Shown one piece after another: positions 55,164 through 64,000 of a DNA stretch of 64,000 bases. Location: IMG/VR virus record IMGVR_UViG_3300020049_012467; one strand, 5' to 3'. This DNA is from an uncultured virus (IMG/VR IMGVR_UViG_3300020049_012467). Lineage: Duplodnaviria > Heunggongvirae > Uroviricota > Caudoviricetes. Numbering within the stretch: position 1 is the first letter of the stretch; each line of letters begins with the position of its first letter. The notes below the pieces were generated by a model that was not told where the DNA came from, ran no database searches, and worked only from the letters and a program-made list of their open reading frames with translations. The translations under genes were made by a program, and so were the position numbers.

Positions 55164-55712
55164 CTATTTCTTGGTCTTGCCTTCAGCCATCCGTTCCATC
55201 TGGCGGTCGCGACGGCGGCGATCAATCGCCTTCAACTGAGCTTCGGACATGCTGTTGTAGCCGTCCTCGTCTTCTTCGGCATTATTTCCGTCGTCTTCGA
55301 TGGGGTTTCCATCTTCGTCGACTTCGCCCTCGCCTTCCTCGTCTTCTTCATCTTCCGGATCGAGGTTGACGGGATCGTTGGAATGCTGGCGGTGTTCCGT
55401 CATCAGCGCGTCCATGTCGTGCATGAACGTCGTAAAGCCGCCTGCATCAGTGGCGGAGACGTAGCCCATGTAGAGTTGTTGAATCAGCTTCATGGCGCGA
55501 CCGTCAGCAAACACGCTCAGCGTGCGAACCTGACGACCGCTGATTTTTTCAATCGCTTCTTTCGTCTCTTTCTTGGTCTTCTTCGGCTTTGCCGCAGGCT
55601 TTCCGCCTGCGGCTTGCTCGATGGAGACGCCTTCTTCACCGGAAAATTCCGAGTGTGCAAGGCGGGAGGCCAGATGGATGCGGTCACGCACCTTATCGAT
55701 GGACAGTGTCAT
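55164..55712 (-). CDS. Hypothetical protein with acidic tract
   Basis: 182 aa with an AGGAG RBS. Confidence 0.65.
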   Translation of the reverse strand: MTLSIDKVRDRIHLASRLAHSEFSGEEGVSIEQAAGGKPAAKPKKTKKETKEAIEKISGRQVRTLSVFADGRAMKLIQQLYMGYVSATDAGGFTTFMHDMDALMTEHRQHSNDPVNLDPEDEEDEEGEGEVDEDGNPIEDDGNNAEEDEDGYNSMSEAQLKAIDRRRRDRQMERMAEGKTKK

Positions 55713-55745
55713 TTGTGTTCTCCTGTTGGACCGCTTCGTTCTGGA

Positions 55746-56552
55746 TTATTTGCCGTGCTTGCGCAGAGCTTCTTCCCAACGGACGAAGAACGTCGTGTCA
55801 GCGAACAGCTTCTTGTAGTAGTCGAGAACCTTGTTCGTTGCAGCGGCGGCGACCACAGTGTCCACATCAGCGAAAATTTTCTGATCCGGCAGCGGCGCCG
55901 AGGCGACGATGAGGTTCGGATCGAGTTCAATCGCCGCGTCTTCCATGCGGTTGGCGAGAACGACGCCCTTGTTCGTCAGCACAGGGAAGCCGAATTCCAT
56001 GCGGCCTTTGGCGGGCGAGTAGTACATGACGTAGTGAGCGTTGCGAGCGCGCGGCGAAGCCGACGCGAATTCCGCCGAAGGAAAATAACGTTTGCGCGAA
56101 GCGAGAACCGCCGACAGGTCTTCGTCCGTGTTCATCACGAGACGCTTGGTGTCGCCGTCGCCCACGACAGTCCAAATTTGGTTGTCGTCATCGAGGAAGG
56201 TCGAAGATGCGAGCACCTTCATTTTTTTGTGTTCTTCCTCGTAGGGGAGCGTCTGCTGGTTCATCAGCGCGATTGCCGTGTAGTAGTTGCGGCCGCGCGC
56301 GGAAGCGCACTTGGTGATGGACTCGGGCACAAGGCGGACGCGGCGGTTGTTGCGTTCCGAGAAGGACGCAGTGATTTCCTCACGCGTGTACTCGGTAATA
56401 TTTGTCGCAAGAACGACGCGAGCGGCCTGCGGGCCGTCGGCGCGGATGAGTTCGAACGACGCAATCTCCACCGGGCAGAGACGGTTGCCGTTGTTTTCGG
56501 CGCGAGCGTCAGCCATATTGGACAACACTTTCGAGAAGCCGGGCTTGTTCAT
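55746..56552 (-). CDS. Probable virion structural protein
   Basis: Start MNKPG at 56552 after GGAG; lies in the structural neighbourhood. Confidence 0.6.
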   Translation of the reverse strand: MNKPGFSKVLSNMADARAENNGNRLCPVEIASFELIRADGPQAARVVLATNITEYTREEITASFSERNNRRVRLVPESITKCASARGRNYYTAIALMNQQTLPYEEEHKKMKVLASSTFLDDDNQIWTVVGDGDTKRLVMNTDEDLSAVLASRKRYFPSAEFASASPRARNAHYVMYYSPAKGRMEFGFPVLTNKGVVLANRMEDAAIELDPNLIVASAPLPDQKIFADVDTVVAAAATNKVLDYYKKLFADTTFFVRWEEALRKHGK

Positions 56553-58761
56553 GGAAATTATCTCCAAATGGGTTGTAGGCTACGGCGGCGATTGAGAGGT
56601 TGACGATCTGGGCGCGCCGTTTGCCAGAAGCCAACACAACTTGGTTGTTCTTTTCGGACACTCGCATGTTGCGATGGTAGCCATCGATCATGGTCGAGTA
56701 TTTTTTCTCGTCCGGGTTCACCGCGAGACGACAAATCAGCAATACGTTAGGGTATTTCTTGACCGTGAAGTAGATATCAGCCACGTCTCCGGGCAAATGC
56801 GCGTCGCGATGCGAGTGCTTGATTTCCTTGATCTGGATCGTCCCGCTCTTGGCGTACTTGTTGACGAACCAGTCGTAGAAATAATACGTCGAGTCCTGAA
56901 TGACAATGTCAGACCCGCCGCCATCCTCGCCAACGTTGTGCGGATGCGTGCGGACCGTAAAGTCTTCCGACTTGGCCTTGCCGTTGATCCACGCGTTGTC
57001 ACGCTCGGGAGAATGGACACCGCCGCGCGACAGGACAGAGCCGCCTTTGGCGTACAGGTCCTTGATGAAAATTTTCATCGCGGCCGTAGTGTCGCTGTCG
57101 TTCTCGGTCACGTCGTACAGATCGGTGGAAGCCTTCTTGAGCTTCTCCATCATTATTTTCTTCAACGGCTGCGTCTGTCCCGGCGCAACGTAGTCGTCGG
57201 GAAGAAGCTGCGGATCAGAGTTGACCGACATGCCGTGAATTCTCGCGCCGTGCGGCTTGGAGCCGGAAATCACAGGCGGCGGGCCAATACTGATCTTCTT
57301 GGGCGGGTTCTTCAGCGCATTGATGCGACGATCCGTCTTGGCCTTCTGAGCGTCGATCAGCGCAAACAATTTTTTCTCAGTCATGTGACCGCCGTCAATC
57401 GCAGCCTGCACTGCCTTCAGCGCAAACGTGCCGGGGCCGGGCTGCGGAAGGTCTTTGCCGAGAACGTTCTTGAGGACGTGCATAATGTCCTGCCAGTCGT
57501 ACTGCGCAACGCGAGCCTTGAGATTGCCGTCAAGCTTGGACGCAAACGCGTCGTTGACCTGTGTCTCGATGCGCGAGAAACCAACGGCGTCCAGTTTGGT
57601 CGACAAATATTTCAGCGCAGCCAGCTTGTTCTTCGGCTTGGAGCGGCCAAAGTCTGCCTTGAAGGTCGAGACAATCTTCTTCAGCGACCATTCCTTGCCT
57701 TCGAACAACTCCTGATATTTCTTCAGCAGTTGAGACGGTGTGTCGGTCGGCAGCGGCGCAGCCTTGGGGACTTTGCGCTTGGCGGCGACCGGCGAAACGA
57801 CAGCAGGCTTGGACGCAGCCTTGTTGCGTTGCTCAGCGGGAGTGCCAGCGTCTTTCTTGTACGATTTTTTCTCTTTGCCTTGCAGATCGGGGGCCTTGCC
57901 CTTGCGCTTGGTCGAGTTCTTCTGGAGTTCTTCGTGAACGCGCGCCGGGATGGCGTACTCAATCATCTTCTCTTTGAGTTCAGTGACGAAATATTTTACG
58001 TCGTCACCCTTCTTGAGCATGCGCAGGCCAATGACAGAGCCCTTCTTGAGCGCCAGCTTTGCACGGCCACGCACTTTCGGGTTTGCCTTGCCCTTCATCA
58101 CGCGCCAGTCGTACTGCGCAGACGGCGCAAGGTAGGCGAGCGTCGTGAACAGGCTTTCGCCACCACGCCATGAATTTTTTCTATCAACGGCGTACATGCG
58201 CTTGTTCGCCATGACGTGCGACGCCGTTTCGGGCGAGACACGTGCTTCGACCAGTTTCGTGTCGATGTGAAACTTGATCGAGGTTTTTCCGGTAGCTGAC
58301 GCGACAACCTGCACAGCGCGATTTTTCAGTGACACGCCCATGATGGAAATGTCCTGCGCCACTCTGTAAACGGCGCCAACGTCGCCAAACGTCTCGGCGG
58401 GACCGTGAATGTGGTTGTCGCGCGCCATGAAAAATTGGTCGCCAGACTTTTCCATGTAGTACGCCGGTTGCGACACGCCAGCGAGAACGAGATAGATCAT
58501 GCCCGGCGGCGGGACCATGCGTTCCGGACGCTCAATGGTGGCGAGAACGGCGTTGAAGCAATTGGGATGGAAAATTTTCTCATCCAGCAGTTTGAAGCCG
58601 CACTTGTGATGCACCATGATACGCGTCGGAGTTGTCTCCGCCACGCATGCAGTGAGCATGTCCTTGCGCCAGATGTTTGGAGCAATCGACTGGAAGCCGA
58701 TATTTTCCATTACGGCGGCGAACGCTTTGTTCTGTTCGGTGGTGAGCTTCATTGGTGTCAT
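56509..58761 (-). CDS. Large basic hypothetical protein
   Basis: 750-aa ORF with genome-typical codon usage. Confidence 0.65.
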   Translation of the reverse strand: MTPMKLTTEQNKAFAAVMENIGFQSIAPNIWRKDMLTACVAETTPTRIMVHHKCGFKLLDEKIFHPNCFNAVLATIERPERMVPPPGMIYLVLAGVSQPAYYMEKSGDQFFMARDNHIHGPAETFGDVGAVYRVAQDISIMGVSLKNRAVQVVASATGKTSIKFHIDTKLVEARVSPETASHVMANKRMYAVDRKNSWRGGESLFTTLAYLAPSAQYDWRVMKGKANPKVRGRAKLALKKGSVIGLRMLKKGDDVKYFVTELKEKMIEYAIPARVHEELQKNSTKRKGKAPDLQGKEKKSYKKDAGTPAEQRNKAASKPAVVSPVAAKRKVPKAAPLPTDTPSQLLKKYQELFEGKEWSLKKIVSTFKADFGRSKPKNKLAALKYLSTKLDAVGFSRIETQVNDAFASKLDGNLKARVAQYDWQDIMHVLKNVLGKDLPQPGPGTFALKAVQAAIDGGHMTEKKLFALIDAQKAKTDRRINALKNPPKKISIGPPPVISGSKPHGARIHGMSVNSDPQLLPDDYVAPGQTQPLKKIMMEKLKKASTDLYDVTENDSDTTAAMKIFIKDLYAKGGSVLSRGGVHSPERDNAWINGKAKSEDFTVRTHPHNVGEDGGGSDIVIQDSTYYFYDWFVNKYAKSGTIQIKEIKHSHRDAHLPGDVADIYFTVKKYPNVLLICRLAVNPDEKKYSTMIDGYHRNMRVSEKNNQVVLASGKRRAQIVNLSIAAVAYNPFGDNFHEQARLLESVVQYG

Positions 58762-58767
58762 TCCGCC

Positions 58768-59907
58768 TTATGCGCCACGTGTCGCTGCAAACAGTCTTGC
58801 TCGCAGATACATACCGCTATCCAGAAGGGCCGGGTAGTTGGTAGACGGCCCGATGTTGATAGACAGGACGCCGCCGCTGGCGCGGACAATGCCCTTCTTG
58901 AACTTGCGAATTTTTTCTTCCAGATCGGTGTTGATCTGATCTATCATTCCCTGAATGTACTGCGTGCGATCCGAATCAAGCTGCGTTGACTGGCCGCTGA
59001 AGTTGAACGCCGACATACCTTCAGCAAGATACTGCGCCCGCAATATTTCAACGCACGTCAGATCGATCAGGTGCGTGTTGCCCTTGATTGAACTGATTGT
59101 GTTCAGGTCCCAGCTTGTAACGGTGGCCGGAAGCGAGTTGATGCGGTCGAGCGCGTACAGAAGGTGAGCGATAATTTCCCAATCGTGGATGCGCAGAGCC
59201 GGGTTGAGGTTCCACGTCTGCCCTTTGTCAATCTTGCGGCGCACGTCGGAAATGAACTTGAGGACGATTGGCGTAATGACGTAGAGTTCGTGGACTTCGC
59301 GCTCTTGCTCGCCATCGTCGAATTCGACTTCCCAATGCAACTGACGCACCACGACGCCGGGATTGGAAAATTTTTCCGACAGGTCGATATCGTACTTGTA
59401 GATGCGGACACCGCCGACGGTGCGATCCAGATCAACACTGTCGTCGTGGATTGTAGTCTCCGAATTCGCAATCGGGTCGACAATGGAAATCACAACGTTG
59501 GCGACTTCCTTTTCCGCCTTGAAATAATCAGTCGTCTCATCGTCCTTCTGAAGCACGACGATTGGCTGAATTGGCGCTTCGTTCTCATCGAGGCCATCAG
59601 AGACGCGGAATTTTTCTCTGGCAGTGTTCCGATTGTCGTCGGCGTCCTTGCCCTTCCAGCGAATGACATAGAAGGAATCCGGATCATCGGTCGCAGGAGC
59701 GCCGTCAGGCATGACAAACGTCGCAACCCAGCGTTCGGACGCGTTCTGGTCCTGCACTCCGGTTCCGTTGACAATCAGGTCGCCTTCGTGGTCGACGACT
59801 TCGTATGTCGGAGCCGCCGCGAAATCTACGGGCTCGCCATCGTCATCGAAAAAATCAATGTCGAACGTGACTTCTTCGCCAACTACGACAACACGAACCT
59901 CAGACAT
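58768..59907 (-). CDS. Virion structural protein (probable neck/head-tail adaptor with Ig-like N-terminus)
   Basis: Beta-rich N-terminal half and a helical C-terminal half with AFNFSGQSTQLDSDRTQ. Confidence 0.55.
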   Translation of the reverse strand: MSEVRVVVVGEEVTFDIDFFDDDGEPVDFAAAPTYEVVDHEGDLIVNGTGVQDQNASERWVATFVMPDGAPATDDPDSFYVIRWKGKDADDNRNTAREKFRVSDGLDENEAPIQPIVVLQKDDETTDYFKAEKEVANVVISIVDPIANSETTIHDDSVDLDRTVGGVRIYKYDIDLSEKFSNPGVVVRQLHWEVEFDDGEQEREVHELYVITPIVLKFISDVRRKIDKGQTWNLNPALRIHDWEIIAHLLYALDRINSLPATVTSWDLNTISSIKGNTHLIDLTCVEILRAQYLAEGMSAFNFSGQSTQLDSDRTQYIQGMIDQINTDLEEKIRKFKKGIVRASGGVLSINIGPSTNYPALLDSGMYLRARLFAATRGA

Positions 59908-60604
59908 TATTTTCTCCCGGCATAATGTCGAGCATGGTCAGACGCGACAGCACAAGGCGTGAAGCCTCGGCGGCAGACTTGACCTGTTCGCCCTTGTGGT
60001 AAGCGAGAGAGAAGAACGGAGACGAGCGGACTTCAACACCGGAAGCCGTTTCGAACAGGTACGTGTAAAAATTGGGATAGACGTACCCGGACTGATCGCG
60101 CATGTCGGAATAAGACAGCAGCGCAGCCGTCACAGTGCCGCCGTTCGTGTCAGGCAGCATCATCAGATTTATTTTCGATTGCTTGTAGGTGCCGACCAGC
60201 GCGTTATCGACGCGAACCTTGACTTGGTTTGACAGAGCGCGAAAGCGCTTCGATGTTTGACCAGCCATGACGCGGGCTGCGGTGAGAAACTTGATCTTGG
60301 CCTTTTCATGCTTGAGCGCCAATTGCTCAATCGTCTTTGTCGTCGCGTCGCAAATGTTCTGTTCCGGCGTTCCCATCATCCAGTTGGACATGTTGGGAAT
60401 TACGGCGTCGAGCGTGGCGACAACAGAAATAATTCTCGGGAACTTGCGTGCGACGATTTCCTGCCGCTTGGGGAGCGGAGCCGTTGCGTTGGCCCTGCAT
60501 TCCTCGATCATCATGCGGGATTTGGTCAGAATGCGCGACGCCGCTTGCAGATCGCGAGCGATTTCTTCCTTGTTCTCGTATTTACGGACTCGGAGCTTGC
60601 GCAT
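59900..60604 (-). CDS. Hypothetical protein
   Basis: 234-aa ORF. Confidence 0.65.
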   Translation of the reverse strand: MRKLRVRKYENKEEIARDLQAASRILTKSRMMIEECRANATAPLPKRQEIVARKFPRIISVVATLDAVIPNMSNWMMGTPEQNICDATTKTIEQLALKHEKAKIKFLTAARVMAGQTSKRFRALSNQVKVRVDNALVGTYKQSKINLMMLPDTNGGTVTAALLSYSDMRDQSGYVYPNFYTYLFETASGVEVRSSPFFSLAYHKGEQVKSAAEASRLVLSRLTMLDIMPGENNV

Positions 60605-60634
60605 CTTGTTGGAAATTATCCTTCGTGTAGGCCG

Positions 60635-60665
60635 AAAGGGCGGCGGAAAGGAATCCCGCCGCCCT
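60635..60665 (-). terminator. Stem-loop terminator after the histone-like gene
   Basis: AGGGCGGCGG/CCGCCGCCCT stem. Confidence 0.6.
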
Positions 60666-60699
60666 CGTAGGCATTATTTAGCTTCTGCGAGGCAGAAGA

Positions 60700-61221
60700 C
60701 TACACAGCAGCGCGTTTGCGGCCTTTGGACGGACGAGCCGCCGCCATTTTGCCGCCAGCCATGGCGTTCATTTTGCGACGCGTGATGGCGCCTTTGGACT
60801 TGGCCGCGCCGGACGAAGATTTTTTGTCCATGCGCTTGAACGGCTTGCCAGCGTTCTTCGCAGAGACGGTGGCTTTCCACAGCACCTTGCCGGATTTGCG
60901 GTTCTTGACACCAATCTTCAGACCCGAACGAACGCCACGACCGTCGTTCATTTCGACGCGAATGCGCGAGTACATGCGGCGCATCGCAGCGTATTTCGGG
61001 TGCTTCTTGCCTTGCGACAGAATTTTGTAAACGGCGTAGAACTTGCCGCTCACGCCCTTGAAGCCGGGGCGACCCGGACCCTTCTGGCCGGTCGGGGATT
61101 TTTTCGCCTTGGCAGTTTTCGCAGCCGGGGCAGCTTTCTTGGCTTTGCGGCCAGCAGGTTTCTTGCTTGCCTTGGCCTTCGCGGCCATCGTGCCTGCAAT
61201 CTCGCGGAATTTCATCTTCAC
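60700..61221 (-). CDS. Histone H1-like Lys/Ala/Arg-rich DNA-binding protein
   Basis: Extremely basic 173-aa protein (AAKAKASKKPAGRKAKKAAPAAK); AGGAG RBS. Confidence 0.7.
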   Translation of the reverse strand: MKMKFREIAGTMAAKAKASKKPAGRKAKKAAPAAKTAKAKKSPTGQKGPGRPGFKGVSGKFYAVYKILSQGKKHPKYAAMRRMYSRIRVEMNDGRGVRSGLKIGVKNRKSGKVLWKATVSAKNAGKPFKRMDKKSSSGAAKSKGAITRRKMNAMAGGKMAAARPSKGRKRAAV

Positions 61222-61388
61222 TTCTCCTGTTTGTTGACTGATTGGATTTCGATCAGCCTTGAGCGAATTCCATAACCGCTCTTGGGCTGCTTGGTGCAGT
61301 GTGTGCGGTTCAATATTTCGTTAGTATGAAAAAACTAGGCTATACCCATGCACGTAAAATTTCTCCAGACAGGGGGATAACCCCTGCG

Positions 61389-62786
61389 TCAGCCTTGCGT
61401 TCCAAGCCCCTTGTAATTCTTCAGGATGACGTTGCGGTGGCGGTAGAGATTTAGAAGCGCAACTGGTTCAAATAATTGGAGTTTTTGGGCGGACGTCTCA
61501 ATGCTAAAAATTTGCCCGCGCGACGTGCGTTGAGGGGTGACTGAGATAATCCGCCAAGCCCGCTTATATTTCCCATCAATGACAATGGAGCCGAACTCCA
61601 TGTTGCCAATCGTGGCAGGCCATTCAATATTTGTCTGCGTGGTCGCTTCCATCAACTCCCACGTTTCGGCGCTCTCAATGTTGGGCATCTGTCCAATCGG
61701 GCGCGTGGTGTATTCCAGCACAATCTCGACGTGCGTAAAAATTGTCGAGTATTCCTGCGGCATGTTGGGATCGACAGTGACGCGGATTTTGGTAGCGCGG
61801 TTGTCCATGCTGCGGCGTGCGTTGAATGCGTGAGCCGTCAGCGGAACCCAAGTGCTCAGCCCCGGCCACTGCACTTCCGTCTTGAGCCCGACTGCAAGCT
61901 GAAGATTGTTGAAGATGCGGACAATGAGGCACTTCTTGAAATATTTCGGGAAGTCCATCACAAACACAGCGGGGGCTGCGTTGGTGAAACCGGAGAACAC
62001 GTTAGGCCGCGCGCCGGGATCAATGGAGAAGCCGCCAATGTCAGTGATGTTGGTTGCGTCCAGCGCGTAGCGGCGTCCGTTCTGCAACTGGTATCCCTCA
62101 GTCCAGCCCGTCGAGAAGCAAATGCCGCACGGCGTATTTTTTCCGCCGAGAAGCATTGCTGCGGCAGAGCGGTTGAGACGCGCGGCTTCATCGGGAGACT
62201 GCATCGCGGCAAAGCTGGCGAGGTATTCGTCGACTTCCTCGCTGCCAAATTCATTGGGGGAGTCAAATTCCCCATCGGCGTCCACGTATGCGTCTTCAAG
62301 CGATCCACCGTCATCCGTGAAGCGGTAGACCTTTTCCCCGTATCCTGCATCCTCTTTCGCAGCGCGTTGATCGTCGCGCAGGGAAATAATTCCAAATCTG
62401 GTCGACTCGTCTTCCGCCAGATCATCCACGCTTGGCGGATCAGTGTCGGCGTTGTCCTGAATTGTGGACACTGACGTATCGCGCTGATTTTCACCATGGC
62501 AGGTGCAGAACATTCCGGCGTTCTGTTTGCGCCACAGCAAAAATTCCACGCCATCCACAGCCAGCGCATTTGCGTGGCGGTCATTTGCGCGATCCACCAA
62601 TTCATTGATGGCGTGCTTTGCGCCCTTGGTCAGAGAGCGGTTGTTGGCAGGCGTGGATTTGCGGCCGGAAATAGAACGACGCGAACCAAATCTGGTCTTC
62701 ATTTCAGCGTCCTGATTTATTTTCGCGAGCGTCCGCGAAAGATGGTAAAATATACGCTGTCCTAAATTAGTGGGTATGGTTTCCAC
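61389..62786 (-). CDS. Probable virion head-completion protein (start may be MKTRF at 62703)
   Basis: CTC...CGICFSTGWTEGY Zn-like motif and C-terminal WRIISVT, both resembling head-closure proteins. Confidence 0.5.
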   Translation of the reverse strand: METIPTNLGQRIFYHLSRTLAKINQDAEMKTRFGSRRSISGRKSTPANNRSLTKGAKHAINELVDRANDRHANALAVDGVEFLLWRKQNAGMFCTCHGENQRDTSVSTIQDNADTDPPSVDDLAEDESTRFGIISLRDDQRAAKEDAGYGEKVYRFTDDGGSLEDAYVDADGEFDSPNEFGSEEVDEYLASFAAMQSPDEAARLNRSAAAMLLGGKNTPCGICFSTGWTEGYQLQNGRRYALDATNITDIGGFSIDPGARPNVFSGFTNAAPAVFVMDFPKYFKKCLIVRIFNNLQLAVGLKTEVQWPGLSTWVPLTAHAFNARRSMDNRATKIRVTVDPNMPQEYSTIFTHVEIVLEYTTRPIGQMPNIESAETWELMEATTQTNIEWPATIGNMEFGSIVIDGKYKRAWRIISVTPQRTSRGQIFSIETSAQKLQLFEPVALLNLYRHRNVILKNYKGLGTQG

Positions 62787-62795
62787 GGAGATTGA

Positions 62796-63449
62796 ATGCC
62801 AAGCATGTCCCCGAATGCGCTGACAGTCATGGGAATTGACGTAGGCACCGTCAATTCAGCATTTGGCGTCAGCCGCTACAACCCCGACCACAAATCATGG
62901 AAGCTGATTGACGCTGGCATGATTGAGGCGACAATCAACAACCTCAAGTACGACGCTGAAGTGAAGAAGAAAAAAAAGCGCGGCAAGGCGGGGGCTGACG
63001 GAGAGTTTGACACAATCAAGCTCACGTCGTTCCGCAAGCAATTGAAGGCGCTGCTCGCTTGGCTGGACGCCATGCACGAAAAATTCGGCTTTACGGCCAT
63101 CACCATTGAGCGCTTCCAATCGCGCGGCGGCGTGTTCGGCGCCAGCATGGCGGAAATCTGCGCAGTGATTGTGGGGGTGGTAGCTTCGTGGGCTGCGCAA
63201 CACCGCGTGAAAATCATGCTGGTGACTGCGGCGGACTGGAAGAACCGCTTCACACAGGCGCAGAAGATCAAGGACATGAAGGAGTTCTATAAAAAATTCC
63301 GCGCCAAGACGTGCCCGCCTCACATGCTGGACGCCAGCCTGCTTGGAATGTACGGCGGATCGAAAATGTTCAAGCAGGAGCCATTTTCGCCATTCAGGAA
63401 TTTCCACATCGACTGGATGCGGGCGCTGTACGCCAAGCATGGTAAATAA
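62796..63449 (+). CDS. RuvC-like Holliday junction resolvase
   Basis: MGIDVGTVN (Asp), TIERFQ (Glu), ADWK and HMLDA (Asp). Confidence 0.8.
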   Translation: MPSMSPNALTVMGIDVGTVNSAFGVSRYNPDHKSWKLIDAGMIEATINNLKYDAEVKKKKKRGKAGADGEFDTIKLTSFRKQLKALLAWLDAMHEKFGFTAITIERFQSRGGVFGASMAEICAVIVGVVASWAAQHRVKIMLVTAADWKNRFTQAQKIKDMKEFYKKFRAKTCPPHMLDASLLGMYGGSKMFKQEPFSPFRNFHIDWMRALYAKHGK

Positions 63450-63455
63450 TTCCGC

Positions 63456-63908
63456 ATGAAAGTGCAGCGATGCTTCTATTCGAGGATTGAATTTCTGCCG
63501 CGCTGTCCAGTCAGCGAATGCCCTGCATTTGTGCCGGGGTCCAAGACGGGGTGCGCCTATCTGGAAATTCCAGAGGACAAGACGAAAATGTCGAAAGGCG
63601 ACATGAGCCGGTTGTTCGGCGTGTCGCCCGCTACTGCAAACAAGAAATATTCCATCGGCCGTGAAGAAGTTCGGGACATGGCCCGGCTGGTGATGGAATT
63701 CACGTCCAACTCGATACCGGAGACAAACACCTTCAAACTCGAAGGCGCTTTCTTCAGGAAATTTTCAATTCCGGTAAATAGGGCTTCGCTGCGCATCGCC
63801 GCTCGCAACCGCGAAATTCGCCTGATCCTCAAGCGACGAATGAGCAAGACACAGTACATGGCAATTTTCAGGAAAGGAAAGCCACATGAACAACGCAACA
63901 AAGGTTGA
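63456..63908 (+). CDS. Cys-rich protein with possible HTH
   Basis: CPVSEC...C, then MSKGDMSRLFGVSPATA. Confidence 0.55.
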   Translation: MKVQRCFYSRIEFLPRCPVSECPAFVPGSKTGCAYLEIPEDKTKMSKGDMSRLFGVSPATANKKYSIGREEVRDMARLVMEFTSNSIPETNTFKLEGAFFRKFSIPVNRASLRIAARNREIRLILKRRMSKTQYMAIFRKGKPHEQRNKG

Positions 63909-64000
63909 CGCGGCAGCGCCCACCATCGACGCCAAGCGCCTCGACCGTCTGAGAAAAAATCTGATCGACCCGGCCAAGATTGAACTGCGTGATCTGCAAC
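63886..64000 (+). CDS. Hypothetical protein, truncated by window end
   Basis: MNNATKVDAAAPTIDAKRLDRLRKNLIDP..., with an AAGGA RBS. Confidence 0.55.
   Translation, partial: MNNATKVDAAAPTIDAKRLDRLRKNLIDPAKIELRDLQ

Noticed and set aside
1..64000. Alternative genetic code or tRNA genes
   Set aside because: Genes tile densely under the standard code using all three stops, and I saw no tRNA cloverleaf with a T-loop in the short intergenic gaps.

Overview
This window is a 64-kb, GC-rich segment of a large tailed dsDNA phage. The gene set and order suggest a jumbo myovirus of the phiRSL1/Lu11/PaBG type; this is an inference from recalled motifs, not from a database search. Nearly all genes are on the minus strand, switching to plus only at about 62.8 kb. 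The contents, in order, are: (1) a head/packaging module with the major capsid protein (cut by the window edge and missing from the ORF track), an acidic scaffold, prohead protease, portal and large terminase, with a topoisomerase IB and a SprT-like metalloprotease inserted; (2) a DnaB helicase; (3) a highly repetitive tail-fibre gene of about 1,850 aa, split only by an assembly gap; (4) about 9 kb of small accessory genes with sigma70-type promoters; (5) a replication block with an SF2 helicase, beta-clamp-like protein, nucleotidyltransferase and family A polymerase with a UDG-like domain; (6) a 1,876-aa SNF2-type ATPase, NUDIX, HNH and a transglutaminase-like protease; (7) basic or virion proteins and a RuvC-like resolvase. 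I saw no tRNA, rRNA, CRISPR array or IS element. The strongest unexplained signals are a window-wide AT palindrome (GAAAWWTTTC) written into coding sequence by synonymous codon choice, the TopIB-SprT pair in the head module, a recurring E-[VIT]-A motif that may mark prohead-protease processing, and a candidate CTAAT late-promoter core.
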